Shown here one piece after another: positions 29,038-38,507 of a stretch of DNA of 64,000 nt (its first letter is position 1; the number at the start of each line of letters is the position of its first letter). Both the position numbers and the translations under genes were made by a program. Where the stretch lies: IMG/VR virus record IMGVR_UViG_3300026488_000012, positions 115,976 to 179,975 of that record. One strand, written 5' to 3'. Source of the stretch: a virus. The notes beneath the pieces were generated by a model. That model did not search any database and was not told the DNA's origin. It saw only the letters and a program-made list of their open reading frames with translations.

Positions 29038-30354
29038 CTAAATTATGTCATTCAGGTCTAATTTAACAAGATTTAGACTTGAGTCGTGCATTGCTTTCAT
29101 ACTTGAATTAAGTACTTTACCGAACATATCTATAACCATTAGCGCTATACCGTTTTCATAATTTTTCATATCCTCACCCATACATACTTTACATCTACCG
29201 TGTTTGTCTAGTTTACAGTACATAGGGGTTCTTAGTTGTACTAGTTTACCTATATATTTTTTAGCTTCTTCTTCAGTAGATATCAACACAGGCTTACCTT
29301 GTTTTAATATATATCTACCTTTTAATTCTTTATAATTCATATCCGTAACATTTAAGTTATAATACATTTTACTACCGCAGTCTGTATCTAATACTTTCAT
29401 ATCGATAGTTGCTCTCAATCCCTGCTTAGCTCCGTATCCACCTTTCTGAGTTTCAAATCCCCTTTTAAAACTACCCTCTCTAATATCGTTATAGAGAACT
29501 GTTATTTTTTCATCATCTATATCCCATCCCTCTGCTAATGATTCAGGAACAACATGTGCTTTACCATCTTTAAAATAAAAACTACCTCCGTGTCCATAAC
29601 TCAGATACATCTTTTTCATAGCGTTTAAGACTTTACCTTTTACATATGTTTTAATAGTAGGATCGTCTTTTAGATACTCTTTCTCATATTCTAATAACTT
29701 CTTATCTATCTCAGCTACCTTATCCAGTTTTTCTAATACATTATCTCCGTATTTTTTCTTGTATTCGTTTATTAATTTCTCTCTGTATTCTTTAATGTTA
29801 GGAGGAGGTTGCGTGGTCTTTTCTGTAGATGACACTGCTATCAATCTGTTTAATCTTGACAAATAGATAACATAATCTACGAACTTCTCGTACTCAGCTA
29901 TAGTTATATGTGTTTTACCTTTTTTCTCTATCTCGTCGTTAGATATAAGAAGATTCTTAATGATTGTATCTTCTATATCGCCTACTGTGAATGGTGCGTT
30001 AATATAAGCTACCTTATTATTAAAAGGTTTATAGATTACTATAAAGTTAGCAAGAAGTCTACCAAATGTAGTATCCATGTCTTCATCTATAAAAGGTAAG
30101 AATCCTTTAGGTAGATGTAAAGGTGTTTTAGGCTTTAGTAAAGGTTCGTTACTATAATCAGTATTCAATTCTAAAAGTTCGATTTCATTAGTTTCAGTAT
30201 TCTTTATTTTTCCATAAAAAACATTATCTTCCACCTTTACGAATTCATCTTCTGTACCATCTGGTAATAATGATAGCATATCGACTAACCAGTCGAAGTT
30301 TAATGGATAGTCGTTTTCAAATGCGTATTTTAAGTATTTTAAAATATTATTCAT
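29038..30354 (-). CDS. virion RNA polymerase beta' subunit, C-terminal part (phiKZ gp80-like)
   Basis: TQKGGYGAKQGLRA bridge helix, DCGS, LRTPMYCK..CKVCMG zinc site, MKAMH. Confidence 0.85.
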   Translation of the reverse strand: MNNILKYLKYAFENDYPLNFDWLVDMLSLLPDGTEDEFVKVEDNVFYGKIKNTETNEIELLELNTDYSNEPLLKPKTPLHLPKGFLPFIDEDMDTTFGRLLANFIVIYKPFNNKVAYINAPFTVGDIEDTIIKNLLISNDEIEKKGKTHITIAEYEKFVDYVIYLSRLNRLIAVSSTEKTTQPPPNIKEYREKLINEYKKKYGDNVLEKLDKVAEIDKKLLEYEKEYLKDDPTIKTYVKGKVLNAMKKMYLSYGHGGSFYFKDGKAHVVPESLAEGWDIDDEKITVLYNDIREGSFKRGFETQKGGYGAKQGLRATIDMKVLDTDCGSKMYYNLNVTDMNYKELKGRYILKQGKPVLISTEEEAKKYIGKLVQLRTPMYCKLDKHGRCKVCMGEDMKNYENGIALMVIDMFGKVLNSSMKAMHDSSLNLVKLDLNDII

Positions 30355-31420
30355 CGAGGTTCCTTTCTATTTCAAATACTTGGTATAAAAGGTTTTTATT
30401 TCTATCGTCTGTTAATACTGTTTTATACTTGTCGTAAACTTCATTAACTATTTTTAGCATTTCTCTTTGACCAGGTAACTCCGTAGTCGAAATAAATATT
30501 AAGGTGTCGTCTTTGCTATTGTTTATACTTTCTTCTATACTGTTTTTTAGAAATCTGATATTGTTATACAGGTTTAGAGTAAATATATCGAACAGATAAC
30601 CTCTTATAGTAGGTATAATTGCTGTAAATGCATGATAGTTTATTTCTTTTAGACTATCTATAAGAAGTTTTCTAATCTTGGTTAATTCAGAATTGAATCC
30701 TGATTTATTAAATAGTGAGTCAGTATACATAAGGTCTGTTATCATTGAGTTTAAAACAATCGAACTTTTGTAATCATCGTAGAAATTATTAACAAATTCG
30801 TATACTAGTAATAGTTTATCAGTGTCTACATCGTCGTAATTCAGGTAAGATGTATCTGTTTCGTTAGCTAATTTAACTACCATATCCTTTAGAACATTTA
30901 AGAATGTACCAGTATAATCTTTAATCAGTTTGTAATATTCATCAACGTTTAAATCAGGTATATAGTAACTGAATATTCTATACATAATTTCGAATTTATC
31001 CAAATAATCATTGTTAAACAAATCAGAGAAATACAGAGCGTCTATGTCTGACATAGTTTTTAGAAAATAAACACATTCTAAAATATTGACGAAGAAATTA
31101 AAATGTTCAGAGTAAGATTCATTTACTAAATCGCTATCTTCTATTTTAATACCAATAGACTCCAGTAGTTTAATCGTATGTGATATTAATAGTTCCATAA
31201 ATAATAGGTTAGCTTCTGGTTGGTAGATATTACTATGGTCTAAATTTATAAAATTGTAAACATCTAAAGCATAATCTCCATATCCTAATAAATCAAATGT
31301 TCTAATAAGTCTTCTTATATTAAAGACAGTTAACGGAGTGAAGTTGTTTGTTATATATTCCTCCAGTTCATTGTCTATAAAATCATTTTCTAATTCTGAG
31401 TATTCCACGACTTTTTCCAT
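30347..31420 (-). CDS. hypothetical protein co-transcribed with the vRNAP subunit
   Basis: Long ORF overlapping the next start; SD AAGGA. Confidence 0.75.
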   Translation of the reverse strand: MEKVVEYSELENDFIDNELEEYITNNFTPLTVFNIRRLIRTFDLLGYGDYALDVYNFINLDHSNIYQPEANLLFMELLISHTIKLLESIGIKIEDSDLVNESYSEHFNFFVNILECVYFLKTMSDIDALYFSDLFNNDYLDKFEIMYRIFSYYIPDLNVDEYYKLIKDYTGTFLNVLKDMVVKLANETDTSYLNYDDVDTDKLLLVYEFVNNFYDDYKSSIVLNSMITDLMYTDSLFNKSGFNSELTKIRKLLIDSLKEINYHAFTAIIPTIRGYLFDIFTLNLYNNIRFLKNSIEESINNSKDDTLIFISTTELPGQREMLKIVNEVYDKYKTVLTDDRNKNLLYQVFEIERNLDE

Positions 31421-31501
31421 TTAAAAATCCTTTTTATGGGTTTGAATCATTTGATGTCGACCCTAGTAAATAAAGGAATAAGTTAGTAAAGGAGAAAAAA
31501 A

Positions 31502-32047
31502 ATGAGTAAAAAAGAAGTTAAAAAAGTAGCAAAAGAAAATAAAGAAAGCAGATGGGAGGATGTAAGAGAAACTTATGAAAATGCTGTTAAGATATATCTG
31601 GTCTCTGTGAAAGCTATGACAGATGTCTATAATAAGTATCTACCTATTATAGAAAAACATCCAGAACTTAAGAAATTGTTAGACGGTGGTGCTAAGACGT
31701 TGGATGGTATAAGAGTATTGATTAATAAAACTGCTCTAAGTCACATAACAGAAGTTAAAGATGATAGTGATGAAAAGACATTCACGATAGGTGATAAAGC
31801 GTATACATTTAGAAAGGGTGTAATAGACGAGAATAACGATAATGACGTAGAGATAGCAGTTAGAGCTATGTTAGCTTATCAACAGCTTATATCTAGCATA
31901 TACGCAGTAGTTAAGAACACTATGACTGTATTTCTATCTGAGGTTGAAAAGATTCTTAATAGTATAGATGATAATAAAATTAAAGAAGAATATGGTAAAA
32001 TGTTAGAAGTAGATAAACAAGAATTTATAGAGACAGCTAATAACTAA
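31502..32047 (+). CDS. helical hypothetical protein
   Basis: AAAGGAG SD. Confidence 0.75.
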   Translation: MSKKEVKKVAKENKESRWEDVRETYENAVKIYLVSVKAMTDVYNKYLPIIEKHPELKKLLDGGAKTLDGIRVLINKTALSHITEVKDDSDEKTFTIGDKAYTFRKGVIDENNDNDVEIAVRAMLAYQQLISSIYAVVKNTMTVFLSEVEKILNSIDDNKIKEEYGKMLEVDKQEFIETANN

Positions 32048-32064
32048 TAAAAAAGGAGTAACTA

Positions 32065-33558
32065 ATGGACAATGTTAAAAAAGATAATGAGAATGTTACT
32101 CAGGTAGTAAAGGAGAAATTACTACCTGATGTAGCTAAAGAGAGACTTAAAAAGTTAAAAGACATATATAAAGACGTCAAAGATGAGTTATTAGTTGTTT
32201 TACCTGGTGAGTTATATAAAAAATTAGAATCATTTGTAGAGAATTTCGAGTATTTAGAAGAAGATGATTTTGCTAATATACCTGAAGATTTACAAATACT
32301 ATTAATTAAATTACCAGAGTTTATGGAATCTGTTAAATATAAAGATGTAACATCTAAACCTCTAACAGAAGAGGTTAATAATAAGATAGTAAAAGATGAT
32401 AAAGAAATAGGTATCAAACATCCTAAAATTAAATCCGGTAAAAGTAAACAATCTTTCCTATTAGAGTTACAAGAGGGAGTAGGTTTAGGTAAAATTACTA
32501 AAATTCCATTATGGAATAGCGGGTTTTGGATTACTATAAAACCGCCTAAGACTGAAGATATAGTAAATCTTCAGCTTAAGTTAAGTGAAGAAATGGACCG
32601 TATAGCTTCACTCACTACGAATTTAGCATTTAGTAATATCACTACTGTGTTCCATAAAATCGTCTTTGAGTATGTTATGGAAAGGATAGCTGACAGTAGT
32701 TTAGATGTACCTAAAAAAGAGCTTATTAATTATATCTCGTTATTAGATTTAGATACTATTTTGTTAGGTGTATTGCAACAGGTTTACTATAATGGTTTTG
32801 ATCTTTATCTACCTTGTAAAAATAATTATAATACAGAAAAGGATGATGAGGTTAAAGTTAAGAACAAATGCAGCTACGTATTAGAAGCCAAGGTTGATTT
32901 ATCTAAATTACTATGGGTAGATATGAGTAAGATACCTGAAGAGGCTCTAGTTATAATAGCTAACTCCATGCCTAAATCTGTTACAGTAGCGGATATTAAA
33001 AAATACAAGTCTATACTTAACCGAGGTATAGATAATAGAGTTACACTGACTCTTAACAATGGGAAAACTATTAGAATGGATTTAGAAGTTCCTAATCTTA
33101 AAACGTACTTTAATGTAGGGGATATCTTCATACTTAAACTTAACAAAATCGTTAATGAACTTATGGAGAATGGAATATTAAAGAATGAGAAAGACAAAGC
33201 AGTGAATGTCGCTACCAAGACGTTGTTCCTGAGTATTTATAGTCATTTTGTAAAAGCTATTAAAAACGGAGATGTTGAGTTTACCGATAGAGATGTTATA
33301 AATGAAGCGTTAGAAATCATCTCTAGTAACAATAAAGATACTAATGAAATAATAGAAAAGATAAATAACTTCATTACTAAATCCTCTGTTACTACTATAG
33401 GGTTACCTAACTTCGTATGTCCGGTTTGTAAAGAGAAACAAGAAACAACTGATACATTTGAAAATATAGTTCCTTTAAATATGGTACTCTATTTTTTTAC
33501 TTTATGGACACACCGCTATATGAAATTACTGGAGGAAGAAAAAGAGAAACAAAAATAG
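32065..33558 (+). CDS. conserved phiKZ-type tail/baseplate-hub assembly protein (T4 gp26 / gpG-like), C-terminal CPxC
   Basis: IPLWNSGFWITIKPP, YLPC..C, PNFVCPVCK; followed by a -1-frame overlapping ORF. Confidence 0.55.
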   Translation: MDNVKKDNENVTQVVKEKLLPDVAKERLKKLKDIYKDVKDELLVVLPGELYKKLESFVENFEYLEEDDFANIPEDLQILLIKLPEFMESVKYKDVTSKPLTEEVNNKIVKDDKEIGIKHPKIKSGKSKQSFLLELQEGVGLGKITKIPLWNSGFWITIKPPKTEDIVNLQLKLSEEMDRIASLTTNLAFSNITTVFHKIVFEYVMERIADSSLDVPKKELINYISLLDLDTILLGVLQQVYYNGFDLYLPCKNNYNTEKDDEVKVKNKCSYVLEAKVDLSKLLWVDMSKIPEEALVIIANSMPKSVTVADIKKYKSILNRGIDNRVTLTLNNGKTIRMDLEVPNLKTYFNVGDIFILKLNKIVNELMENGILKNEKDKAVNVATKTLFLSIYSHFVKAIKNGDVEFTDRDVINEALEIISSNNKDTNEIIEKINNFITKSSVTTIGLPNFVCPVCKEKQETTDTFENIVPLNMVLYFFTLWTHRYMKLLEEEKEKQK

Positions 33559-34109
33559 AGAAGAAGATTAGGAAAATAAGTAACGAGTACTATCTGAAGC
33601 TTAATAGACTTATCTCTAAAAGAAAACTTAATCTCTATAGAGAGTATATAAAGCTCTCTTATAGAGAACTTTTTAATAAGATATTTACTATCTTATCTAA
33701 TTTCATAGGAGATAAGGAATTTAAGAATACACAAGAAGCCGAGTTATACAGAAGAAAATTTTTAGAGGGGTTATATAGAGAAGGTAACTTAAAACCTGAC
33801 CAAGATATAGACCCCATGGTCTATAGACAGATTTATGATGTCCTACATAGAGAACCTGTTGATTATAATCTTAAGGTATCTAAATACCCTAGATACGCTA
33901 TGGATTATATCGCAAGGGAATTAGGTCAAATGCTTGGTATCTCTTATAAAGAGTTTTTTAAACTAACTCTCGAAGAATTAGAAATAATTCTGGAGATTTC
34001 AGATTTAAAATTAAAAATAGAAGAAACGATGAACGAAGAGATGATGCGTGAAGTTGAGAAGTTAAATAATGAAAGTAGTGATGATAAACTTAATCCTTTT
34101 GAACTTTAA
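33504..34109 (+). CDS. tail-assembly-chaperone T/GT-like ORF, probably expressed by -1 frameshift
   Basis: No SD before ATG; T_TTT_TTT at 33492-98; LGISYKEFFKLTLEELE motif typical of GT/E'/gp51 C-termini. Confidence 0.55.
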   Translation: MDTPLYEITGGRKRETKIEKKIRKISNEYYLKLNRLISKRKLNLYREYIKLSYRELFNKIFTILSNFIGDKEFKNTQEAELYRRKFLEGLYREGNLKPDQDIDPMVYRQIYDVLHREPVDYNLKVSKYPRYAMDYIARELGQMLGISYKEFFKLTLEELEIILEISDLKLKIEETMNEEMMREVEKLNNESSDDKLNPFEL

Positions 34110-34119
34110 GGAATAAATT

Positions 34120-34896
34120 ATGAACAAGTTGAATTTTACAAAGGGTATAGTTAACATACATAAAGGCGTCTATACTGAAATAGACGCTATTCTAGATACG
34201 AGATACGCGGTGTTGTCCAGATATTTTCCAGATATCGCTAAAAAGATAGAGACTAATAAAACCGGTCTAGAGTATTATCACTCTAGACCTATTGATGAAT
34301 TTTTTAATCTTCCATATGAAGTTTTTAATTTATTTTATAAAAGAAGAAATAGAGAGGTTCTTAAAAATGCTAAAATTAATGCTGTTATACATTTTCTTAA
34401 TTTAACCTTAGCTGATTTGTTAAATAAGAGAATAAATTCAGAACAAGGTAATTCTATAGTTAATTTAGTGGTCAATACGTATCCGTACCTTCTTAATAAA
34501 TCAGAGATTAATCTTATGGAGAATGCTATTAAGTTAAAGCTGACATATCCTACTATGGTTAATGTGAAATTCAGTTATATACCATACCATAAACTAACAT
34601 CCAGATACATAGATGAGAACTTTGGTTTAATGGTTATGTATAACTACATAGAGTGGTATAATATAAGAGGTTACCTAAAGGATATAACCCCTAACATACC
34701 GCACGTTAAATTAATAACACCTGCGTTAATAGATAAGGCATTAGTATTTAAAGATAACAAGACATACGAAGACTATTTTAAAAGTATGGAGAAAGCTACA
34801 ATGACATATATAAATTTAGAATTTTCTGGAATAGAAATATTTAACAGCTTACATTTAGTGCAGTTAAAAGATCAAATGTTAAAGGATGAGAAATGA
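34120..34896 (+). CDS. conserved jumbo-phage protein with HAD-like N-terminal motif
   Basis: VYTEIDAILDTR resembles the D-x-D-x-LLDTR motif of phiKZ-type proteins (recall only). Confidence 0.5.
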   Translation: MNKLNFTKGIVNIHKGVYTEIDAILDTRYAVLSRYFPDIAKKIETNKTGLEYYHSRPIDEFFNLPYEVFNLFYKRRNREVLKNAKINAVIHFLNLTLADLLNKRINSEQGNSIVNLVVNTYPYLLNKSEINLMENAIKLKLTYPTMVNVKFSYIPYHKLTSRYIDENFGLMVMYNYIEWYNIRGYLKDITPNIPHVKLITPALIDKALVFKDNKTYEDYFKSMEKATMTYINLEFSGIEIFNSLHLVQLKDQMLKDEK

Positions 34897-35495
34897 CAAA
34901 AGAAGGACTGAAAAGACTCATAGACGAACACTCTATAGAATTAGATAAGGAGAGTGAGAGAGTTAATGTTTCGCCTATCTATACGGACTACTATTATGTA
35001 ATCAAACCTATAGAAGAAGGTTTATTAGTAGAATCTTTAATACCGTATGATAACAGTATGTTCGTTGTGAATACCGATGATAAGCTAGATAGAGTAATAT
35101 TAGTTAACAAATTACCAGAGAGTATTGATAAAAATTATATAAGAGATGAGTATCTTAAAAATTTAAAAGCAGATAATATTACAGATGTTACGGAAATTAT
35201 TGATAAGTATGTATCTAGATATAAAGTAAGAATAGACGTAGTCTTAGAATTACTTACTACTGCATTAGGTATATTAGAAAAAGAAGGTATTAAGAAAGTA
35301 AAAGATGAATTAGAGAATCTAAAGGATTTATCAGAAAAGATAGACACTATAAACAGATTTGATATAGAAGCTATGAAGAAAATCTATAATGGAGAAGGAT
35401 TAGAAGTACTCGAAAATTTAAATAGACAAGTAACAGATTTAATAAATACTTTAATTACAAAGATGAACGAAGTTACTACAGATACTTCTAAGTAA
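34893..35495 (+). CDS. hypothetical protein
   Basis: ATGA overlap; ends before hairpin 35525-35553. Confidence 0.75.
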   Translation: MTKEGLKRLIDEHSIELDKESERVNVSPIYTDYYYVIKPIEEGLLVESLIPYDNSMFVVNTDDKLDRVILVNKLPESIDKNYIRDEYLKNLKADNITDVTEIIDKYVSRYKVRIDVVLELLTTALGILEKEGIKKVKDELENLKDLSEKIDTINRFDIEAMKKIYNGEGLEVLENLNRQVTDLINTLITKMNEVTTDTSK

Positions 35496-35524
35496 AATCA
35501 GCCATATATAATTCGTATAGAAGA

Positions 35525-35553
35525 GATACAGTGGGTTTTTTACCCACTGTATC
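35525..35553 (+). terminator. intrinsic terminator
   Basis: GATACAGTGGGT-ttttt-ACCCACTGTATC. Confidence 0.7.
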
Positions 35554-35572
35554 CCATTTTAAATTCAAATAC

Positions 35573-35600
35573 AAAAAAGGAGTTGAAAATGAGATTCTTA
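35573..35600 (+). repeat. 28-bp RBS + MRFL repeat, copy 2
   Basis: Identical to 2823-2850. Confidence 0.9.
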
Positions 35601-35978
35601 GAGAAAATAAAATATTGGGAGGACTTAGAAGTTGAATTTGAGAAATTAAAAGACCAGTTTTGGTCTGTTGTAAAAGAGCTGAAATTCTGGAAAAACAGAG
35701 TTAAGGAGCAGGAGCTCAAGATAAAATCTCTAGAAAGAGAGAATAAAGCTCTTAAAGCAATATTAGAAGAAGTTTACAAAGAATTAGATAAACTACCCAA
35801 AACAAGAATAAAGGTAATAGAAAAGGTAATAGAGAGACCAGTTATAAAGAGAATAATGGTTAAAGAACAGGATGATAAGAATGTTGAAATAGAAGACAAC
35901 ATTAAAGAAAGGGTTAATAGGAAACTATTAAAAAATATAAAGGAGAGAATTGAAGAGAGATTAAATATGTACGCATAA
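35589..35978 (+). CDS. coiled-coil hypothetical protein
   Basis: ATG 35589; heptad repeats. Confidence 0.75.
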   Translation: MRFLEKIKYWEDLEVEFEKLKDQFWSVVKELKFWKNRVKEQELKIKSLERENKALKAILEEVYKELDKLPKTRIKVIEKVIERPVIKRIMVKEQDDKNVEIEDNIKERVNRKLLKNIKERIEERLNMYA

Positions 35979-36046
35979 ATTCTCTCTTCTTTTTTTCTTT
36001 ACTAAACCATCTGTTGCTAACACTAAAAACAAAACAAGGAGTGATT

Positions 36047-36790
36047 ATGAGAGAAGTTTACGACATGATTAATATATACGACGTTACAGACACGGATTAT
36101 AGAGACCATGAGATAATGGATTTCTTAGAAGAGATAAATAACACTAATCCTAACACAATTTACAAAGATGATGATAACTATATTATAGCATTTGAGAAAC
36201 CATACAAAATTAATGACGGAGATAGATGTTCTATTAACGTTTTACCTTGTATAAATATCAATCTCTATAACAAAATCTTGAATATGATTAATTCTGAAAT
36301 AAAAAGAGAAGATATTGATTTATCTGCTTGGTTAAATAAAATTAATCCAGTAGATAAAATTATATTATTTCAAGAAGTTAATGGATTAACAGAACAACCA
36401 TTTAGTTATAGGGTAGAAATGATAAATGTTATTGAAGAACTATTAGAAATTAAATACGGAGATAAAGCTAGAGATAAAGCTATTGAAATAGTTAGTCAAG
36501 TGTTACCAGAGGATTTAACAGATGAAGAATTAATTAATAAGAGAGATGAACTTATAGATATATTTGCAGATATTTCAGTTTTTGCTATAGGTGCTCTACT
36601 AAAATTAAAAGCTAATCCTATTTGTGTTCTTGATGAAGTGTCTAAAGTTATAAATAGTAGACAGGGTGAGATTATAGATGGTAAATTTACAAAATGCAAA
36701 ACACAAGAGTGTGTAGATAAGTGGTATACTCCTAATTATAATAAATGTATAGGCACAGGGAATATTACAGATGACGAAACTAGGGATTAA
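36047..36790 (+). CDS. MazG-like / all-alpha NTP pyrophosphohydrolase domain protein
   Basis: IEELLE...ELIDIFADISVFAIG...LDEV...SR.G..IDGKF.K pattern; ATG 36047 after AAGGAG. Confidence 0.6.
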   Translation: MREVYDMINIYDVTDTDYRDHEIMDFLEEINNTNPNTIYKDDDNYIIAFEKPYKINDGDRCSINVLPCININLYNKILNMINSEIKREDIDLSAWLNKINPVDKIILFQEVNGLTEQPFSYRVEMINVIEELLEIKYGDKARDKAIEIVSQVLPEDLTDEELINKRDELIDIFADISVFAIGALLKLKANPICVLDEVSKVINSRQGEIIDGKFTKCKTQECVDKWYTPNYNKCIGTGNITDDETRD

Positions 36791-36944
36791 AGAACGTCTT
36801 GATCTAATCTCCCTTGTGCTTATAATAATTATGTTCTTTCTTTCCTTTACTGGACAGTATGATAATGCTCTAATATTTATTATGTTCTTATTTGTTTATA
36901 TTAGAATTATTTATATAAGAGAAATTATAAAGGATAGAAAATGA
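36771..36944 (+). CDS. small 2-TM membrane protein (57 aa, below the ORF-track cutoff)
   Basis: MTKLGIKERLDLISLVLIIIMFFLSFTGQYDNALIFIMFLFVYIRIIYIREIIKDRK. Confidence 0.55.
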   Translation: MTKLGIKERLDLISLVLIIIMFFLSFTGQYDNALIFIMFLFVYIRIIYIREIIKDRK

Positions 36945-37126
36945 GAATAAACATAAGAGATAAGGTAGACTCATTAAGTTACATAACAGGATTAACCTTT
37001 ACGATCGATACATAGTTACGGAGTACAATGGTAAAACACATTATAGTTAAAAGTATACTTATTTGTTCGATAAAGATAATGTAATAAACGAGGAGTTAAC
37101 ATCAGATTTAATCAAGGAGGTTGAGA

Positions 37127-37348
37127 ATGGAAGAGAATGTAATACCTATTGAGATTGAAATCCTGTTAAAAGAGAAGTTTCCGTTAACAGAAGAGATTTT
37201 AAAAGAAGATATTAGTGTTAACCATATAAAGATGTTTTTAATGGATAATGATGTAAGAGGTAAAGATGCTAGAAAATATGCAAAGGCATATTACGAGAAA
37301 CTTGAAATATTCAAACATGACTTAGAAGTTATGGGTTCTAAAAGTTAG
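37127..37348 (+). CDS. small hypothetical protein
   Basis: AAGGAGG SD then ATG 37127. Confidence 0.7.
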   Translation: MEENVIPIEIEILLKEKFPLTEEILKEDISVNHIKMFLMDNDVRGKDARKYAKAYYEKLEIFKHDLEVMGSKS

Positions 37349-37386
37349 GAAAGACACGAAATGAATGTTAATAGAAAAGTGTTTAG

Positions 37387-37419
37387 ATACAGATATGGGG
37401 ATAAAACCCGTATCTGTAT
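37387..37419 (+). terminator. intrinsic terminator
   Basis: ATACAGATATGGG...CCCGTATCTGTAT + T-run. Confidence 0.65.
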
Positions 37420-37442
37420 TTCATTTTTTTTTTTCATTTATA

Positions 37443-37459
37443 TATAGTTAAACTGTAAC
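37443..37459 (+). promoter_or_regulatory. early promoter variant
   Basis: TATAGTTAAACTGTAAC; flanks nearly identical to the 8323 promoter (TTTTTTCATTTAT...TAAACTGTAACAAAACAAAAAA). Confidence 0.55.
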
Positions 37460-37482
37460 AAAACAAAAAAAAGGAGTTAAAA

Positions 37483-38478
37483 ATGGAAAAAATATTAAAA
37501 CTAAGATATACCCATAGAACTATTCATAATGAAACAGGGTTGTTTTACAACCCTAAAACTAAAGAGTTCGATATCGTCTGGACCGATCCAGACGGTATAT
37601 ATACGTTAAATGATAAGGTTATTCCAACAAAAATTAAAAGGTGCTGCGCAAGTGTTAAAGTTAGGGTAGAATTACCCGATGATTGGTTATATGTTGGGAA
37701 GGTGAAGAGACTGGATATTAATAGAGTTGCTTTTTACCATCCGAGTCTCAAAGACGATTTGGGTGGTTATTATACTGACTTTTTATTAATAAATATAAAA
37801 AATAACGTCGCATATGCTTTTAGCGGCGTTATATGTTCTCATACTGGGCTAAGCGGATACGCTGATGAAATAGATTTCACTCAGTACTTACTTACTGGTA
37901 GTGTTTATAAATCAGTGATTAAACATGAGAAAATTAGAATTGAAAAAGAAGGAGTATGTATAACATTCCCTCGTAAACCAGGAATTAGAAAAGAACTGTT
38001 AGCGTGTCTATATTATAGATTCGACTCGCTGGTTTACACAGGAAACGACAGAAGGAGACTGGGAGGGTTGTATAGTTTTGTGGATCGTACGACAAATAAG
38101 GTCCTTATAATAGATAATGTATTTAATCCAAAATATATATTAATTAAATCAGTCCACTCACTCGAAGAATACGAGTGGACTTTCCATTTATACAGAGATC
38201 AGGAATTACTCAAGAGGACCGGTCTCCCGTATAAATGGAAAGGAGATACCCTAATAATATATGATAAAGTGCCTGTAGCTATTAATAATACTACAAGTGT
38301 ATACGGGGATGAGTATATGCTCTGGAATAGAACTTGGGTTAACAGTATATCATTAATCGAGTCCATCGATAAAGAACTTATCGATGATTTGGAAGATTAC
38401 GCCAAAAAGCTCATGAGTTCAGGAAGTAATGAAACTACAGAAGATATAGAGGAAATTGAAGAAATTACAGAGGACTAG
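37483..38478 (+). CDS. early hypothetical protein (331 aa), acidic tail
   Basis: Promoter cassette + AAGGAG. Confidence 0.8.
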   Translation: MEKILKLRYTHRTIHNETGLFYNPKTKEFDIVWTDPDGIYTLNDKVIPTKIKRCCASVKVRVELPDDWLYVGKVKRLDINRVAFYHPSLKDDLGGYYTDFLLINIKNNVAYAFSGVICSHTGLSGYADEIDFTQYLLTGSVYKSVIKHEKIRIEKEGVCITFPRKPGIRKELLACLYYRFDSLVYTGNDRRRLGGLYSFVDRTTNKVLIIDNVFNPKYILIKSVHSLEEYEWTFHLYRDQELLKRTGLPYKWKGDTLIIYDKVPVAINNTTSVYGDEYMLWNRTWVNSISLIESIDKELIDDLEDYAKKLMSSGSNETTEDIEEIEEITED

Positions 38479-38497
38479 AGGTTTTAACCTCTAGTCC
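38472..38497. terminator. bidirectional terminator
   Basis: GGACTAGAGGTT-tt-AACCTCTAGTCC including the stop codon. Confidence 0.7.
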
Positions 38498-38507
38498 CAT
38501 CTATCTT

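Noticed and set aside
36941-37120. Possible decayed gene (ATG 36941 needing a frameshift near 37000 and containing TAA at 37048)
   Set aside because: It needs two lesions to reconstruct and has no recognisable homology, so it could be chance or an assembly error.
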